Source: an uncultured delta proteobacterium (GTDB lineage Bacteria; Desulfobacterota; Desulfuromonadia; Geobacterales; Pseudopelobacteraceae). Taken from it: DNA of 64,000 nt. The notes beneath the pieces are model-generated. The model was not told where the DNA came from. It did not search any database and saw only the letters and a list, made by a program, of their open reading frames with translations. Shown one piece after another: positions 40,864 to 52,841 of the stretch. The position numbers were made by a program, and so were the translations under genes. Every line of letters begins with the position of its first letter. Within the stretch, counting starts at the first letter, position 1. The stretch is from assembly GCA_963772835.1 (NCBI GenBank), contig CAVYYZ010000011.1, positions 64,001 through 128,000 of the forward strand, written 5' to 3'.

Positions 40864-40925
40864 CTGAAACCCGATCGACAGGGGGCGCTGCACCCGGGAA
40901 ACCTTCCCTTTTACATGACCCGGTT

Positions 40926-43448
40926 ATGACCCGGCTCCCCATCGACGACATTCTGCCCGATCTTCTCGACTCCTTTCGCACTCATCGGAACATCCTTCTG
41001 CATGCCCCGCCAGGGGCGGGGAAGACCACGCGTGTTCCACTGGCTCTGATCGGTTCCATTCACCCTGACGCCGGTCGCATTATCATGCTGGAGCCACGTC
41101 GTATTGCCGCGGTATCCGCGGCCCGCTGGATGGCGCGCTGTCTCGGCGAAGAGGTCGGACAGACGGTCGGCTATTCCATCCGTTTTGAATCCTGCACATC
41201 AACAAACACGCGTATCGAAGTGGTGACCGAGGGGATTCTGACACGACGCATTCAGAGTGACCCCGGTCTTTCCGGTGTGGCGCTGGTCATTTTCGACGAG
41301 TTTCACGAACGGAGCATACATGCCGATCTCGGACTGGCTCTCTGCCGGGAGGTGCAGCAGCTGCAGCCGGGTCTCAAAATCCTTGTCATGTCAGCGACAC
41401 TCGATCTCCAGCCGCTTTCCCGGCTGCTTGACGACGCCCCTGTGATCAGCTCGGAAGGGCGCTGTTTTGCCGTTGACATGAAATACCTGGATGATACCGG
41501 ACATGCACGTGTTGCACAGAGGGTGGCGGCGGCGGTTGCCCGGGCGCTGCGTGAAACCGCGGGGGATATCCTCGCTTTTTTGCCCGGTGCCGGAGAAATA
41601 CGCGCCTGCGCTGCACAGCTGGCTGAATCCGGCGTCGCTGGCCGGAATGTCGTCGTCTGTCCACTGTATGGCGACCTGTCGATGGCCGAGCAGCAGAAAG
41701 CAATTCAGGCCGGTCCGCAGCGCAAAATTGTACTGGCCACCAGTATTGCAGAAACAAGTCTGACGATCGAAGGTGTCCGGACTGTCATTGATTGCGGCGT
41801 CTCCCGGAGGCTGCAGTACGATCCGGGCAATGGTCTGAACCGGCTGGTTACCGTCCGCGAAGCACGAGCCTCTGCCGAACAGCGGGCAGGCAGAGCTGGT
41901 CGTGTTGCACCGGGGGTCTGCTATCGACTGTTCTCTCTCCATACGCTGCACGCGATGGCGGCGCACACACCACCCGAGATCTGTGTCACCGATCTTTCCC
42001 AGCTTCTCCTGGAGCTCGCGGCCTGGGGCGTCACTGATCCGATGCAGCTCGGCTGGCTGGACCCACCACCGTCGGCTGCACGAGAATCCGCCCGCCGCCT
42101 GCTCGAAGAGCTGGACCTGTTTGACGGCGGCGGCCGGATCACGGCTCTTGGCCGTGACGCAGTACGGATGCCGCTTCATCCACGTCTCGGCCGTCTGCTG
42201 CTCCGCTCCAGGGAGCTCCGCTGCATGGCTTTAGGATGCCGGTTGGCTGCGCTCCTTTCTGAGCGGGACCTGTTCCACTCAAGCGCCGGCAGCAATCCAC
42301 CGCCCATAAGCAGTTCCGATATCGCCGATCGACTGGAGGCCCTTAAAAACTGGCGCTCATCCGGGCGCAATGAGCGCGGCATGGATCTTTCCGCATTGAA
42401 AAACGTGGAGCGGGTTGAACGTCAGCTTGGGCGGCTTATGGCCGTACCGGCCCGGGTGGACGATATCGTCACTGATGACGATGAGCGCATTGCGCGACTA
42501 CTGCTGGCGGCGTATCCTGATCGTATCGCCCGGCGCAGACCATCCGGCGGCGGATATCTGCTTGCCGGCGGGCGCGGGGCGCGGATTTCAGATCGCTCCG
42601 CTGTCAGGGCGGCCGAGTATCTTGTCGCTCCGGAGCTGGATGCCGGAACCCAGGCCGAGGCGATCATTCATCTTGCCGCCGAAATACCCGAGTACATACT
42701 TCGCGAGGAACGTTCCGGTCATATCTGCTGTGAAACCAGAGTGAACTGGGATGATCGTGAGGGGCGCGTTATCGCGCGGCGACTGGAGCTTCTGGGGAGT
42801 ATCCAGCTGTCCGCTGAGACGGTTGTTCCGACAGAAACTGAATCAGTTCCTGTGGTGATCGGTGCGGTGCGGGCGTCGGGGTTAGAGCTTCTCTCGATGA
42901 ATGATGCGGTCAGAACCCTGCAGGGGCGGCTGCTGCTGGTGCGGTCCGCCTTTCCGGAGCGGGAGTGGCCCGATGTTTCTGATGCCGCGCTGACTGCTGC
43001 GCTTGAAGAGTGGCTGGCTCCGCATCTGAAAGGTGCCAACTCAGTTAAAAAAATCGCTCAGCTTGATATTGCAGAGATCATGAGAAACCGCCTCGATTAC
43101 CGGCAGCAGCGAGAGCTGGACGAAATGACGCCGTCGCATCTGACTGTACCGAGCGGTTCGCGGGTCAGAATCGATTATTGCGGAGAAATTCCGGTTCTGG
43201 CGGTGAAGCTTCAGGAGCTGTTCGGTCTGGCGGCCGGACCGGTCGTCTGCGGCGGCAGGGTTTCTGTGCTGCTGCACCTGCTTTCGCCCGCAGGACGGCC
43301 GATTCAGGTGACGCGCGATTTGCGCGGCTTCTGGGACGGATCGTACCAGCAGGTGAAGAAGGAGCTCAAGGGGCGCTACCCCCGGCATCCGTGGCCGGAT
43401 GATCCATGGAGCGCCGCTCCGACGCGCCGGTTGAAGCCGAAAGGGTAG
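40926..43448 (+). CDS. hrpB: ATP-dependent RNA helicase HrpB
   Basis: APPGAGKTT, DEFHER, SAT, QRAGRAGR, GRYPRHPWP. Confidence 0.95.
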   Translation: MTRLPIDDILPDLLDSFRTHRNILLHAPPGAGKTTRVPLALIGSIHPDAGRIIMLEPRRIAAVSAARWMARCLGEEVGQTVGYSIRFESCTSTNTRIEVVTEGILTRRIQSDPGLSGVALVIFDEFHERSIHADLGLALCREVQQLQPGLKILVMSATLDLQPLSRLLDDAPVISSEGRCFAVDMKYLDDTGHARVAQRVAAAVARALRETAGDILAFLPGAGEIRACAAQLAESGVAGRNVVVCPLYGDLSMAEQQKAIQAGPQRKIVLATSIAETSLTIEGVRTVIDCGVSRRLQYDPGNGLNRLVTVREARASAEQRAGRAGRVAPGVCYRLFSLHTLHAMAAHTPPEICVTDLSQLLLELAAWGVTDPMQLGWLDPPPSAARESARRLLEELDLFDGGGRITALGRDAVRMPLHPRLGRLLLRSRELRCMALGCRLAALLSERDLFHSSAGSNPPPISSSDIADRLEALKNWRSSGRNERGMDLSALKNVERVERQLGRLMAVPARVDDIVTDDDERIARLLLAAYPDRIARRRPSGGGYLLAGGRGARISDRSAVRAAEYLVAPELDAGTQAEAIIHLAAEIPEYILREERSGHICCETRVNWDDREGRVIARRLELLGSIQLSAETVVPTETESVPVVIGAVRASGLELLSMNDAVRTLQGRLLLVRSAFPEREWPDVSDAALTAALEEWLAPHLKGANSVKKIAQLDIAEIMRNRLDYRQQRELDEMTPSHLTVPSGSRVRIDYCGEIPVLAVKLQELFGLAAGPVVCGGRVSVLLHLLSPAGRPIQVTRDLRGFWDGSYQQVKKELKGRYPRHPWPDDPWSAAPTRRLKPKG

Positions 43449-43512
43449 ATACATCAATGAAGAATCATTCCCCGCCTCCTTGCGGGGATGGGGAACGATT
43501 GAAAAAATTCTG

Positions 43513-45105
43513 TCAGTCTGCAATCCTGAATGACGTTTCCGCAATAGTAACGGCATTCTCCATAATAATTCCGCGGTCCTGATTGGCGGTCAGATGGCGC
43601 AGTATGGCGAAAACCATCTCAGTTTCCTCCGCTGTTCCGAGCCGCGCGGCAATCGCTTCTGCCGTCATGCTCCGCTGTTCCTTCTGCAACAGCTCCACGA
43701 CCGATCTCTGGAGGTCTATCACCGTACCGGCCGCTTTTTTCCCCGCTTCCACACCCGGCTGGTGGTAGGCATTGATATTGATCAGGCTGGCGTAAAGGCC
43801 GACAGCCCGTTCGAACAGCGCAATCAGAACGCCGATCGTATATGCATCGACTCTATTAATGGTGATTGTCATGGATTCACGGCCGTTTTCATACAGCGCC
43901 GTGCGTGTGCCCTGAAAAAAGCCGAACAGAAAATCCCCGCTGGTAAAATTCTCCTCAACCCGCAGTGAGCTCCCCTCCCGATCCTTCAACACTTCGATGA
44001 ACGTGACAAAGAAGTTTGCGACACCTTCACGCAGCTGCTGCACATAGGCGTGCTGATCGGTCGAACCTTTGTTGCCGTACACGGTCAGCCCCTGATTGAC
44101 AACGGCGCCGTCACGATCGAACTCTTTGCCGATCGATTCCATGATAAGCTGCTGCAGATAACGGGAAAAGAGCAGCAGCCGATCCTTATAGGGGAGCATG
44201 ACCAGGTCTTTTGTGCCGCGCCCATCCGTGGCGTAATGCCACATCAGTGCCATGACAGCCGCCGGGTTGTTGATTGTATCCTGTCTGCGGGTGATGATGT
44301 CGCAGGCCTTAGCCCCTTCGAGCAGCGATGTTATATCGATACCCTGGAGAGCCGCCGGGAGAAGCCCGACCGCCGAGGTGACGGAAGTCCGTCCGCCGAC
44401 CCAGTCCCACATCGGGAACCGCTCCAGCCATCCATCGGCCTGTGCCAATCTGTCCAGCTCACTTCCCGCACCGGTTACCGCCACGGCATGCCGTGCAAAA
44501 TCGAGCCCGGCACGCCTGTAGGCTTCCTTTGCTTCCAGCATGCCGTTACGGGTCTCTTTGGTGGAGCCGCTTTTCGATATGACCAGTGTCAGTGTCCGGC
44601 ACATAGACTCACCTAATACTGCAAATACCTTGTCGATGCCGTCCGGGTCTGTGTTGTCGAGAAAATATGTTTTCATCCGGTCTGACGGGGAAGACAGCGC
44701 ATCGGCCACAAACTGGGGTCCCAGCGCCGAACCGCCGATGCCGATAACAAGAACGTTTTCAAACGGGGAGCCGTCCCGGGCCGATATGGCTCCGCTGTGG
44801 ATATTCGCACTGAACGCCAGTATCTGAGCGGTAGCGGCATCAATCTCACTCTGTATGCCGAAAGAAGGTGACAGTGACGGATTCCTCAGCCAGTAATGCC
44901 CCACCATGCGCCCTTCATCACGGTTGGCAATGGCTCCCCCCTCCAGTTCCCGCATTTCGGTATACGCACCCTGAATGGCGGGCTCCATCAAAGTAAAAAA
45001 ACTGTCGGCAAATTTCATGCGGCTGATGTCGAGGAAAAGCCCTATTTCAGGGCAGCTGCAGAGATGTTTGTGATAGCGATTCCAAAGGATGGTATTTTTC
45101 CCCAT
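43513..45105 (-). CDS. pgi: Glucose-6-phosphate isomerase
   Basis: [35 protein letters not shown]. Confidence 0.95.
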   Translation of the reverse strand: MGKNTILWNRYHKHLCSCPEIGLFLDISRMKFADSFFTLMEPAIQGAYTEMRELEGGAIANRDEGRMVGHYWLRNPSLSPSFGIQSEIDAATAQILAFSANIHSGAISARDGSPFENVLVIGIGGSALGPQFVADALSSPSDRMKTYFLDNTDPDGIDKVFAVLGESMCRTLTLVISKSGSTKETRNGMLEAKEAYRRAGLDFARHAVAVTGAGSELDRLAQADGWLERFPMWDWVGGRTSVTSAVGLLPAALQGIDITSLLEGAKACDIITRRQDTINNPAAVMALMWHYATDGRGTKDLVMLPYKDRLLLFSRYLQQLIMESIGKEFDRDGAVVNQGLTVYGNKGSTDQHAYVQQLREGVANFFVTFIEVLKDREGSSLRVEENFTSGDFLFGFFQGTRTALYENGRESMTITINRVDAYTIGVLIALFERAVGLYASLININAYHQPGVEAGKKAAGTVIDLQRSVVELLQKEQRSMTAEAIAARLGTAEETEMVFAILRHLTANQDRGIIMENAVTIAETSFRIAD

Positions 45106-45130
45106 GTGTCCCTCCCGTGTGGCAGATACA

Positions 45131-45158
45131 CAAAAGGCGGAGCACGCTCCGCCTTTTG
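45131..45158 (-). terminator. Hairpin/terminator between eno and pgi
   Basis: CAAAAGGCGGAG/CTCCGCCTTTTG. Confidence 0.75.
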
Positions 45159-45177
45159 GTTCAGATGTTAACCGGCA

Positions 45178-46596
<1,419 letters not shown>

Positions 46597-46686
46597 TTAC
46601 TCAACAGTGCTTCACAATCGGTTGTAAACGTGGTATGACAAAAAACGGCACTATATCGCCAAACCCCTCTGCACAAAGGTTTCATT

Positions 46687-47904
46687 ATGACCGCTGACAC
46701 GCTTGATTCACTTACGATCGATAAATCACGCCAGATGCCCCCCCGGCGCAAGAGTGCCGCCCGTATCCGCCTGGCGGCAATTCTGCTCGTGGCTCTCATT
46801 GCCGTCGCCGCGGCGTTCTACCAGTACCGCAACCGGGCGGTGACGATCGAAACGACGACTGTCTCACTGTTTTATCCGACGCAGTCGTTCACTATTCTTA
46901 ATTCAAGCGGCTATGTCGTTGCCCAGCGGAAAGCGGCGGTTGCGGCAAAAACAACCGGCAGGCTGGAATGGATCGGCGTTGAAGAAGGGAGCAGGGTGAC
47001 TGCCGGACAGGTTGTCGCCCGCCTCGAAAATAAGGATCTTGAAGCGGTTGTCCGCCAGGCGGCGGCCGCCGTGCAGAATTCAAAGGCCCTCCGGGAAGAA
47101 TCCCGGGCAGAATTGACAGATGCCGAAAAATCGTTCCAGCGACAGAGGGGGCTGCTTGCGTCGGGGATTGTCTCGCAGTCCGAGTTTGACAGTGCGGAAG
47201 CACGCTTCAAGCGTTCCCGGGCGGCGACTGCCAGCAGCGAGGCGGGTATTGCGATCGCGGAGGCAGCCCTTCAGGGGGCCACCGTCAACCTTGGATACAG
47301 TCTGATCCGGGCCCCGTTTGATGCCGTAGTACTGACAAAAAATGCCGATGTGGGGGATATCATCACTCCGCTCGGCGCTGCGGCAAATTCCAAAGCGGCT
47401 GTTGTTACGATTGCAGATCTCGCCTCACTGCAGGTAGAGGCCGATGTTTCGGAGTCCAACCTGGCGCAGATCAGGAAGGGCCAGCCATGCGAGATTACCC
47501 TGGATGCACTTCCGGGAAGCCGCTTTCGCGGGGTGGTGCATACGATCGTACCGACCGCCGATCGGAGCAAAGCGTCCGTCATGGTTAAAATCCGTTTTCT
47601 TGAGCTGGACGGGCGTATTTACCCCGAAATGAGCGCCAAGGTAGCCTTTCTGCAGCGTGAGGCGGGTGCAGAAGACAAAATTGCGCGGATCGTTATTAAT
47701 CCCGCCGCTGTCGTTACTCAAAACGGCCGCAGCGGCGTGTATCTGGTGGTTGGAGACACGGTCCGGTTTATTCCGGTGACATCAGGCGAGAAGATGGGCG
47801 ATCTGCTTGTAGTGTCAGGTATAAAGTCGGGCGATAAGGTGGCACTGAAACCGCTTGAACGCTTGAAAGACGGCAGCAGGATAGCCCTGCCGGAGAAAAA
47901 ATAG
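46687..47904 (+). CDS. Efflux periplasmic adaptor subunit (MacA-like)
   Basis: GYVVAQRKA, IRAPFD, EADVSES, PEMSA. Confidence 0.88.
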   Translation: MTADTLDSLTIDKSRQMPPRRKSAARIRLAAILLVALIAVAAAFYQYRNRAVTIETTTVSLFYPTQSFTILNSSGYVVAQRKAAVAAKTTGRLEWIGVEEGSRVTAGQVVARLENKDLEAVVRQAAAAVQNSKALREESRAELTDAEKSFQRQRGLLASGIVSQSEFDSAEARFKRSRAATASSEAGIAIAEAALQGATVNLGYSLIRAPFDAVVLTKNADVGDIITPLGAAANSKAAVVTIADLASLQVEADVSESNLAQIRKGQPCEITLDALPGSRFRGVVHTIVPTADRSKASVMVKIRFLELDGRIYPEMSAKVAFLQREAGAEDKIARIVINPAAVVTQNGRSGVYLVVGDTVRFIPVTSGEKMGDLLVVSGIKSGDKVALKPLERLKDGSRIALPEKK

Positions 47905-47980
47905 TCTGATTAGAGTGTATTTTTTACCCAGTATAATAAATGTCATTCCAGAGTTACTTTGAAGAGAGTCAGGAGAATAT

Positions 47981-48129
47981 TTAACGCAAAGACGCAAAGA
48001 CGCAAAGACGCAAAGGTGCAAGGATGCAAAGGTGCAAGGATGCAAAGGTGAAAGCTGAAACCGCATGTAAAATTTATACCTATTTATAGTATTTCCTTGC
48101 GTCTTTGCTCCCTTGCGCCCTAGCGTTAA
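47981..48129. repeat. Intergenic hairpin element with (CGCAAAGA)n arms and TTAA ends
   Basis: TTAACGCAAAGACGCAAAGACGCAAAGACGCAAAGG ... CCTTGCGTCTTTGCTCCCTTGCGCCCTAGCGTTAA. Confidence 0.85.
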
Positions 48130-48192
48130 CGGTTGTGACTTCTGACTACTTTTCATGTCTGAAGATTGTTGCTAATCAGGATATAAATAATC

Positions 48193-48894
48193 ATGCAAAC
48201 TTTTATAAAACAGCAGGTTATCGTCTCTGTCAATGCCGTTTCAAAATCATATCAGCGCGGCAGCCAGGAGATACCGGTACTGGAGGGTATCTCTTTCGAG
48301 ATCGTCAGGGGTGAGTTTCTGGCGCTGATGGGACCGTCCGGGTCGGGAAAATCGACGCTGCTTAACCTGATTGCCGGCATTGATACGGTTGACGGCGGTT
48401 CAATAGTGATCGACGGCGTCGATATTGCGACGCTGAACGAATCCGGGCTGGCGCGGTGGCGGGCAGTGAATGTCGGTTTTATCTTCCAGTTTTACAACCT
48501 GATACCTGTGTTGACCGCATATGAAAATGTCGAATTGCCGCTGCTACTGACTACGCTGACGCGCCGCGAACGCCGAGAGCATGTAGAAGCCGCCCTTGCG
48601 GTTGTCAGCCTGTCCGACCGGACGGAGCATTACCCCTCGCAGCTTTCCGGTGGCCAGCAGCAGCGTGTGGCAATCGCCCGGGCGATTGTCACCGACCCGG
48701 TCATTCTGGTGGCTGATGAACCGACCGGTGACCTTGACCGGGTCTCGGCCGGGGAGATTCTCGGCCTGATGTCCCGGCTTAACGCAGAACAGGGAAAGAC
48801 TATCATCATGGTGACCCATGATCCCCGCGCCGCCGAAAAAGCGCATGTCATCCGCCATCTTGAAAAAGGGCTGCTGCTCGATGTTTCTCCTTAA
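48193..48894 (+). CDS. ABC transporter ATP-binding protein (LolD/MacB-like)
   Basis: GPSGSGKS, LSGGQQQR, ADEPTGDLD. Confidence 0.92.
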   Translation: MQTFIKQQVIVSVNAVSKSYQRGSQEIPVLEGISFEIVRGEFLALMGPSGSGKSTLLNLIAGIDTVDGGSIVIDGVDIATLNESGLARWRAVNVGFIFQFYNLIPVLTAYENVELPLLLTTLTRRERREHVEAALAVVSLSDRTEHYPSQLSGGQQQRVAIARAIVTDPVILVADEPTGDLDRVSAGEILGLMSRLNAEQGKTIIMVTHDPRAAEKAHVIRHLEKGLLLDVSP

Positions 48895-50038
48895 GCTTCT
48901 TTCCCGCAATGCGTTCCGGCACCGATTACGGACGCTCCTGACGATCCTGGGAATTACGGTTGCCATCCTTGCCTTCGGCCTGCTGCAGACGGTTGTCAGC
49001 GCGTGGTACGCCGGAGTCAACGCCTCATCGTCCGCCCGTCTGATCAGCAGAAATGCGGTTTCCCTGGTATTTTCCCTTCCGATTGCCTATCAGGAGCGGA
49101 TCAGGCGCGTCGATGGTGTGGCGGCGGTTTCCTACGCCAACTGGTTCGGCGGGGTATATATCACGGAAAAGAACTTTTTCCCCAGTTTTGCCATCGAACC
49201 GAAGAGTTATCTGGCTCTCTATCCGGAATTTGTGCTGTCGCCGGAGGAAAAACGCGCTTTTTTTATGGACCGGAAAGGGTGCGTAATCGGATCGAGGCTT
49301 GCGGAGCGCTTCGGTTGGAAGATCGGCGACACAATCCCGCTCAAAGGGACAATTTTCCCCGGTAACTGGGATTTTGTCGTACGCGGGATCTATCACGGAG
49401 CAGAGAAATCCACCGATGAATCCCAGTTCTTTTTTCAGTGGGAGTATCTGAACGAATCGCTCAAAAAAACGGTGGCACGGCGGGCCGACCAGACCGGAGT
49501 GTATATAATCGGGCTCAAAAATCCGCAGGAGGCGGCCGAAGTTTCCATCGCCATCGATTCCACCTTCAAAAACTCGCTCGCGGAGACTCTGACCGAAACT
49601 GAAAAAGCCTTTCAGCTTAGCTTTGTATCAATGACCGAGGCGATCGTCGTGGCAATCCGCATCGTGTCATTTGTCGTGATCATCATAATCATGGTTGTGG
49701 TTGCCAATACTATGGCAATGACCGCCCGTGAACGGATCGGAGAATATGCCATCTTCAAGGCGATGGGATTCCAGGCGCATCACATTGCCGGTATGGTTTT
49801 TGGTGAATCGCTGTTTATATCACTGACCGGAGGCGTCATCGGCATTCTTTTGACATTTCCGGTCGCCGGCAAATTCGGCGAGGTTATGGGGAACTTTTTT
49901 CCGGTATTCCAGGTCGAGCGTTCCACCCTGTATATGGATATGGCCTTCTGTCTGATAGTGGGGATCATAGCCGGGATATTTCCGGCCTGGCGGGCGGTAC
50001 GTATCAGGATTGCTGAAGGATTGCGAAGGGTAGGGTAA
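48881..50038 (+). CDS. ABC transporter permease (FtsX/MacB type)
   Basis: RNAFRHRLRTLLT, ANTMAMTARER..E...KAMGF. Confidence 0.9.
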   Translation: MFLLKLLSRNAFRHRLRTLLTILGITVAILAFGLLQTVVSAWYAGVNASSSARLISRNAVSLVFSLPIAYQERIRRVDGVAAVSYANWFGGVYITEKNFFPSFAIEPKSYLALYPEFVLSPEEKRAFFMDRKGCVIGSRLAERFGWKIGDTIPLKGTIFPGNWDFVVRGIYHGAEKSTDESQFFFQWEYLNESLKKTVARRADQTGVYIIGLKNPQEAAEVSIAIDSTFKNSLAETLTETEKAFQLSFVSMTEAIVVAIRIVSFVVIIIIMVVVANTMAMTARERIGEYAIFKAMGFQAHHIAGMVFGESLFISLTGGVIGILLTFPVAGKFGEVMGNFFPVFQVERSTLYMDMAFCLIVGIIAGIFPAWRAVRIRIAEGLRRVG

Positions 50039-50047
50039 GGAGTACAC

Positions 50048-51427
50048 ATGCATATACGAATTCTTGTTGTCGATGATGAACTGAGCATGCGGGAATTTCT
50101 CTCAATCCTGCTGGAGCGTGAGGGGTATGACGTTTCCGTTGCCGGTTCTGCCGAGGAAGCACTCTGTTTGATGGAGTCGGCGCTGTTTGACCTGGTGCTG
50201 TCGGATGTCAATATGCCCGGCCTGTCCGGTATCGAACTCCTGGCCCGGATAAAGGACAAATCCCCTGAAACGGCAGTTCTGATGCTCACCGCGTTTTCGA
50301 CCGCCGAACAGGCCGTGGAGGCGATGAAGCTCGGGGCGTATGATTATATCTGCAAGCCGTTTAAAAACGAGGAAATCAAGCAGCTCGTCAAAAATGCGCT
50401 CGAAAAACAGGGACTCAGACGCGAAAACATCCTGCTGAAAAAGGGCGTCAGCGAACGGGACAGTTTTTGCGGCATCATCGGTAAAAGCCTGAAGATGCGC
50501 GAACTTTTTGACATGATCCAGAAAGTTGCGGCCAGCCAGAGCAGCGTGCTGATTCTCGGAGAGAGCGGAACAGGCAAAGAACTGGCCGCCCGTTCGATTC
50601 ATACCTGCAGCCCACGCAAATCAAAACCGTTTGTCGCGGTCAACTGCGGAGCCATCCCGGAGAATCTGATTGAGAGTGAGCTGTTCGGGCACAAAAAGGG
50701 CTCCTTCACCGGTGCGGTGGGTGACCGTCCGGGGCTGTTTGAGCAGGCCGAAGGAGGGACACTCTTTCTGGATGAAATAGGTGAACTGCCGCTGCTGATG
50801 CAGACCAAACTGCTGCGGGTATTGCAGGAGCGGGAATTCAAGCGGGTAGGAGATGCACAGACCCGCAAGGCCGACGTGCGGATTATCAGCGCCTCGAACC
50901 GTGATCTTGAAAGTCAGGTCAAGGATGGATCGTTCCGGGAAGATCTGTTTTACCGCCTCAACGTTGTTCAGCTCGTCATGCCCCCGCTGCGCGAGCGGAT
51001 CGAGGATATCCCGCTTCTGGTCGACAGCTTCTGTCTGAAATACCAGGATCCCGGGCAAAACAGCCCGGCTACGGTAACACCGGGTGCCCTCAAAGCCCTG
51101 ATGAATCATCCCTTTCCCGGCAATGTCCGCGAACTTGAGAACTGCATCGAACGGAGCCTCATAATGGATCCGGCGGAAATCGCCGAAACCAGTCTGCCCC
51201 GGCAGCTGTTGGCAGGTAAAATGCCCTGCCTCACCGCCGAATGCGACATACCGGAGTCCGGGATGATGCTTGAACCGCTGCTGGAGGATCTGGAAAAGAA
51301 ATACCTGCTCAAGGCGTTAGAGATGACCGGCGGAGCGAAAAAGAAAGCGGGAGAGTTGCTGGGGATGTCGTTTCGCTCATTCCGGTACCGGTTGGCCAAG
51401 TTCGGGTTGGATAGTGGGGAGGAGTGA
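50048..51427 (+). CDS. pilR: sigma54-dependent response regulator PilR
   Basis: REC domain, GESGTGKE, GSFTGA, C-terminal LLGMSFRSFRYRL HTH; upstream of pilA. Confidence 0.88.
   Translation: MHIRILVVDDELSMREFLSILLEREGYDVSVAGSAEEALCLMESALFDLVLSDVNMPGLSGIELLARIKDKSPETAVLMLTAFSTAEQAVEAMKLGAYDYICKPFKNEEIKQLVKNALEKQGLRRENILLKKGVSERDSFCGIIGKSLKMRELFDMIQKVAASQSSVLILGESGTGKELAARSIHTCSPRKSKPFVAVNCGAIPENLIESELFGHKKGSFTGAVGDRPGLFEQAEGGTLFLDEIGELPLLMQTKLLRVLQEREFKRVGDAQTRKADVRIISASNRDLESQVKDGSFREDLFYRLNVVQLVMPPLRERIEDIPLLVDSFCLKYQDPGQNSPATVTPGALKALMNHPFPGNVRELENCIERSLIMDPAEIAETSLPRQLLAGKMPCLTAECDIPESGMMLEPLLEDLEKKYLLKALEMTGGAKKKAGELLGMSFRSFRYRLAKFGLDSGEE
51361..51427 (+). repeat. pilR 3' end (direct repeat copy 1)
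   Basis: Shares the 26-nt block TACCGGTTGGCCAAGTTCGGGTTGGA (51386-51411) with 52803-52828. Confidence 0.9.
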
Positions 51428-51514
51428 CTGTTTGAATGTTATATATGATGGAATATACTCATATCTGTCAATTTTATCTTGAATTAATGTCAATATGACA
51501 TTAAAATTAGACGT

Positions 51515-52735
51515 ATGAAGACATATATTCCAAGAGAAATAACAAAACAGGTAGTTAGCGCCCTTAAGGATATGCCGGTGGTCGCTCTTACCGGTATGCG
51601 CCAGACCGGAAAAAGTACGTTCCTGCAAGAACAGCCCGAATTTAAAGGTCGAAAATATATAACCCTCGATGACTTCGCACAGTTTGCTGCTGCAAAGGAA
51701 AATCCAGACAAGTTCGTTGACACCGACGAACCGCTGATAATTGATGAGGCCCAACGCTGCCCGGAACTTTTTATCGCTATAAAACGTGCCGTTGACAAAA
51801 ACAGACGTCCCGGCCAATTTATCATTTCCGGATCAGCAAATTTCCTGTTGATGAAGAACATCTCCGAAAGCCTTGCGGGGAGAGCAATCTATTTTAATAT
51901 GCACCCTTTTAACAGAAGGGAAACGGAAAGGCGAACTTCAGAAATCCCCTTCATACGACAATTTTTCGAAGAGCAGATAATCTCGGGATTGACTGATGCG
52001 GCCACCATTCCGCTTGAAGATATTGTAATAGGCGGAATGCCGTCGGTATGTCTTGGTAGTTTCAGCAATCCGTTTAACTGGTTCAAAGGGTACGAGCATA
52101 CCTATCTTGACAGGGATATACGCGATCTTGGACGAATTGGCGACATCATACCGTTTCGAGGGCTACTGCACCTAGCTGCTCACCGTACCGGCGGCGTGCT
52201 GAATTTAAGCGATCTGGGAAGGGATGCACGACTGAGGTCTACCGTCGTTACCAGCTATCTTTCAATTATGGAGGTTTCCTGTATTTTCTACCGTCTTGCC
52301 CCTTATCTTAAAAACCCTGCGAGCAGATTGATAAAATCACCAAAGTTCTACCTTGGCGATTCCGGGCTTGCATGTTTTCTGGCTGAAGTAGAGGAACTGA
52401 CGGCAGATTCCCCCCTGAAGGGTTCAATGATGGAAACGTACGTGGCGCAGAATCTTGTATCAATTCTTGATGCAACCTGGCCACGGGCGAGAATGTACTT
52501 TTGGAATATTCAGGGACGGCATGAAGTTGATTTCATTATCGAAGCGGGAAACCGATGTCTTGCAATAGAAGTAAAGTCAGCTGCCAGATGGGACAAGGAT
52601 GATCTTGTGAGTCTCAAGGCTTTTATAGCCAATACACCTCACTGTGTTGGCGGTATTTTGGCGTATAACGGCACTACATCGGTACGTCTTGGTGACAAAT
52701 TGTGGGCAATCCCTTTATCAATCCTATTGTCGTAA
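51515..52735 (+). CDS. AAA_14-type ATPase with C-terminal DUF4143
   Basis: GMRQTGKS, IIDEAQ, SGSA..ESLAGR, KSPKFYLGDSGL, EVDF..AIEVK. Confidence 0.88.
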   Translation: MKTYIPREITKQVVSALKDMPVVALTGMRQTGKSTFLQEQPEFKGRKYITLDDFAQFAAAKENPDKFVDTDEPLIIDEAQRCPELFIAIKRAVDKNRRPGQFIISGSANFLLMKNISESLAGRAIYFNMHPFNRRETERRTSEIPFIRQFFEEQIISGLTDAATIPLEDIVIGGMPSVCLGSFSNPFNWFKGYEHTYLDRDIRDLGRIGDIIPFRGLLHLAAHRTGGVLNLSDLGRDARLRSTVVTSYLSIMEVSCIFYRLAPYLKNPASRLIKSPKFYLGDSGLACFLAEVEELTADSPLKGSMMETYVAQNLVSILDATWPRARMYFWNIQGRHEVDFIIEAGNRCLAIEVKSAARWDKDDLVSLKAFIANTPHCVGGILAYNGTTSVRLGDKLWAIPLSILLS

Positions 52736-52786
52736 AACAACCAATCAATGTAACGCTATCCTTGAAGTTGTTCAATCAGAGTCGCC

Positions 52787-52841
52787 GGGAATGTCGTTCC
52801 GCTACCGGTTGGCCAAGTTCGGGTTGGACAGTGGGGAGTAG
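52787..52841 (+). repeat. Duplicated pilR 3' end (direct repeat copy 2)
   Basis: Encodes GMSFRYRLAKFGLDSGE* versus pilR GMSFRSFRYRLAKFGLDSGEE*. Confidence 0.9.

Noticed and set aside
52644..52841. 65-aa ORF ending in a PilR-like tail
   Set aside because: Chance open frame overlapping the AAA gene and running into the duplicated pilR end
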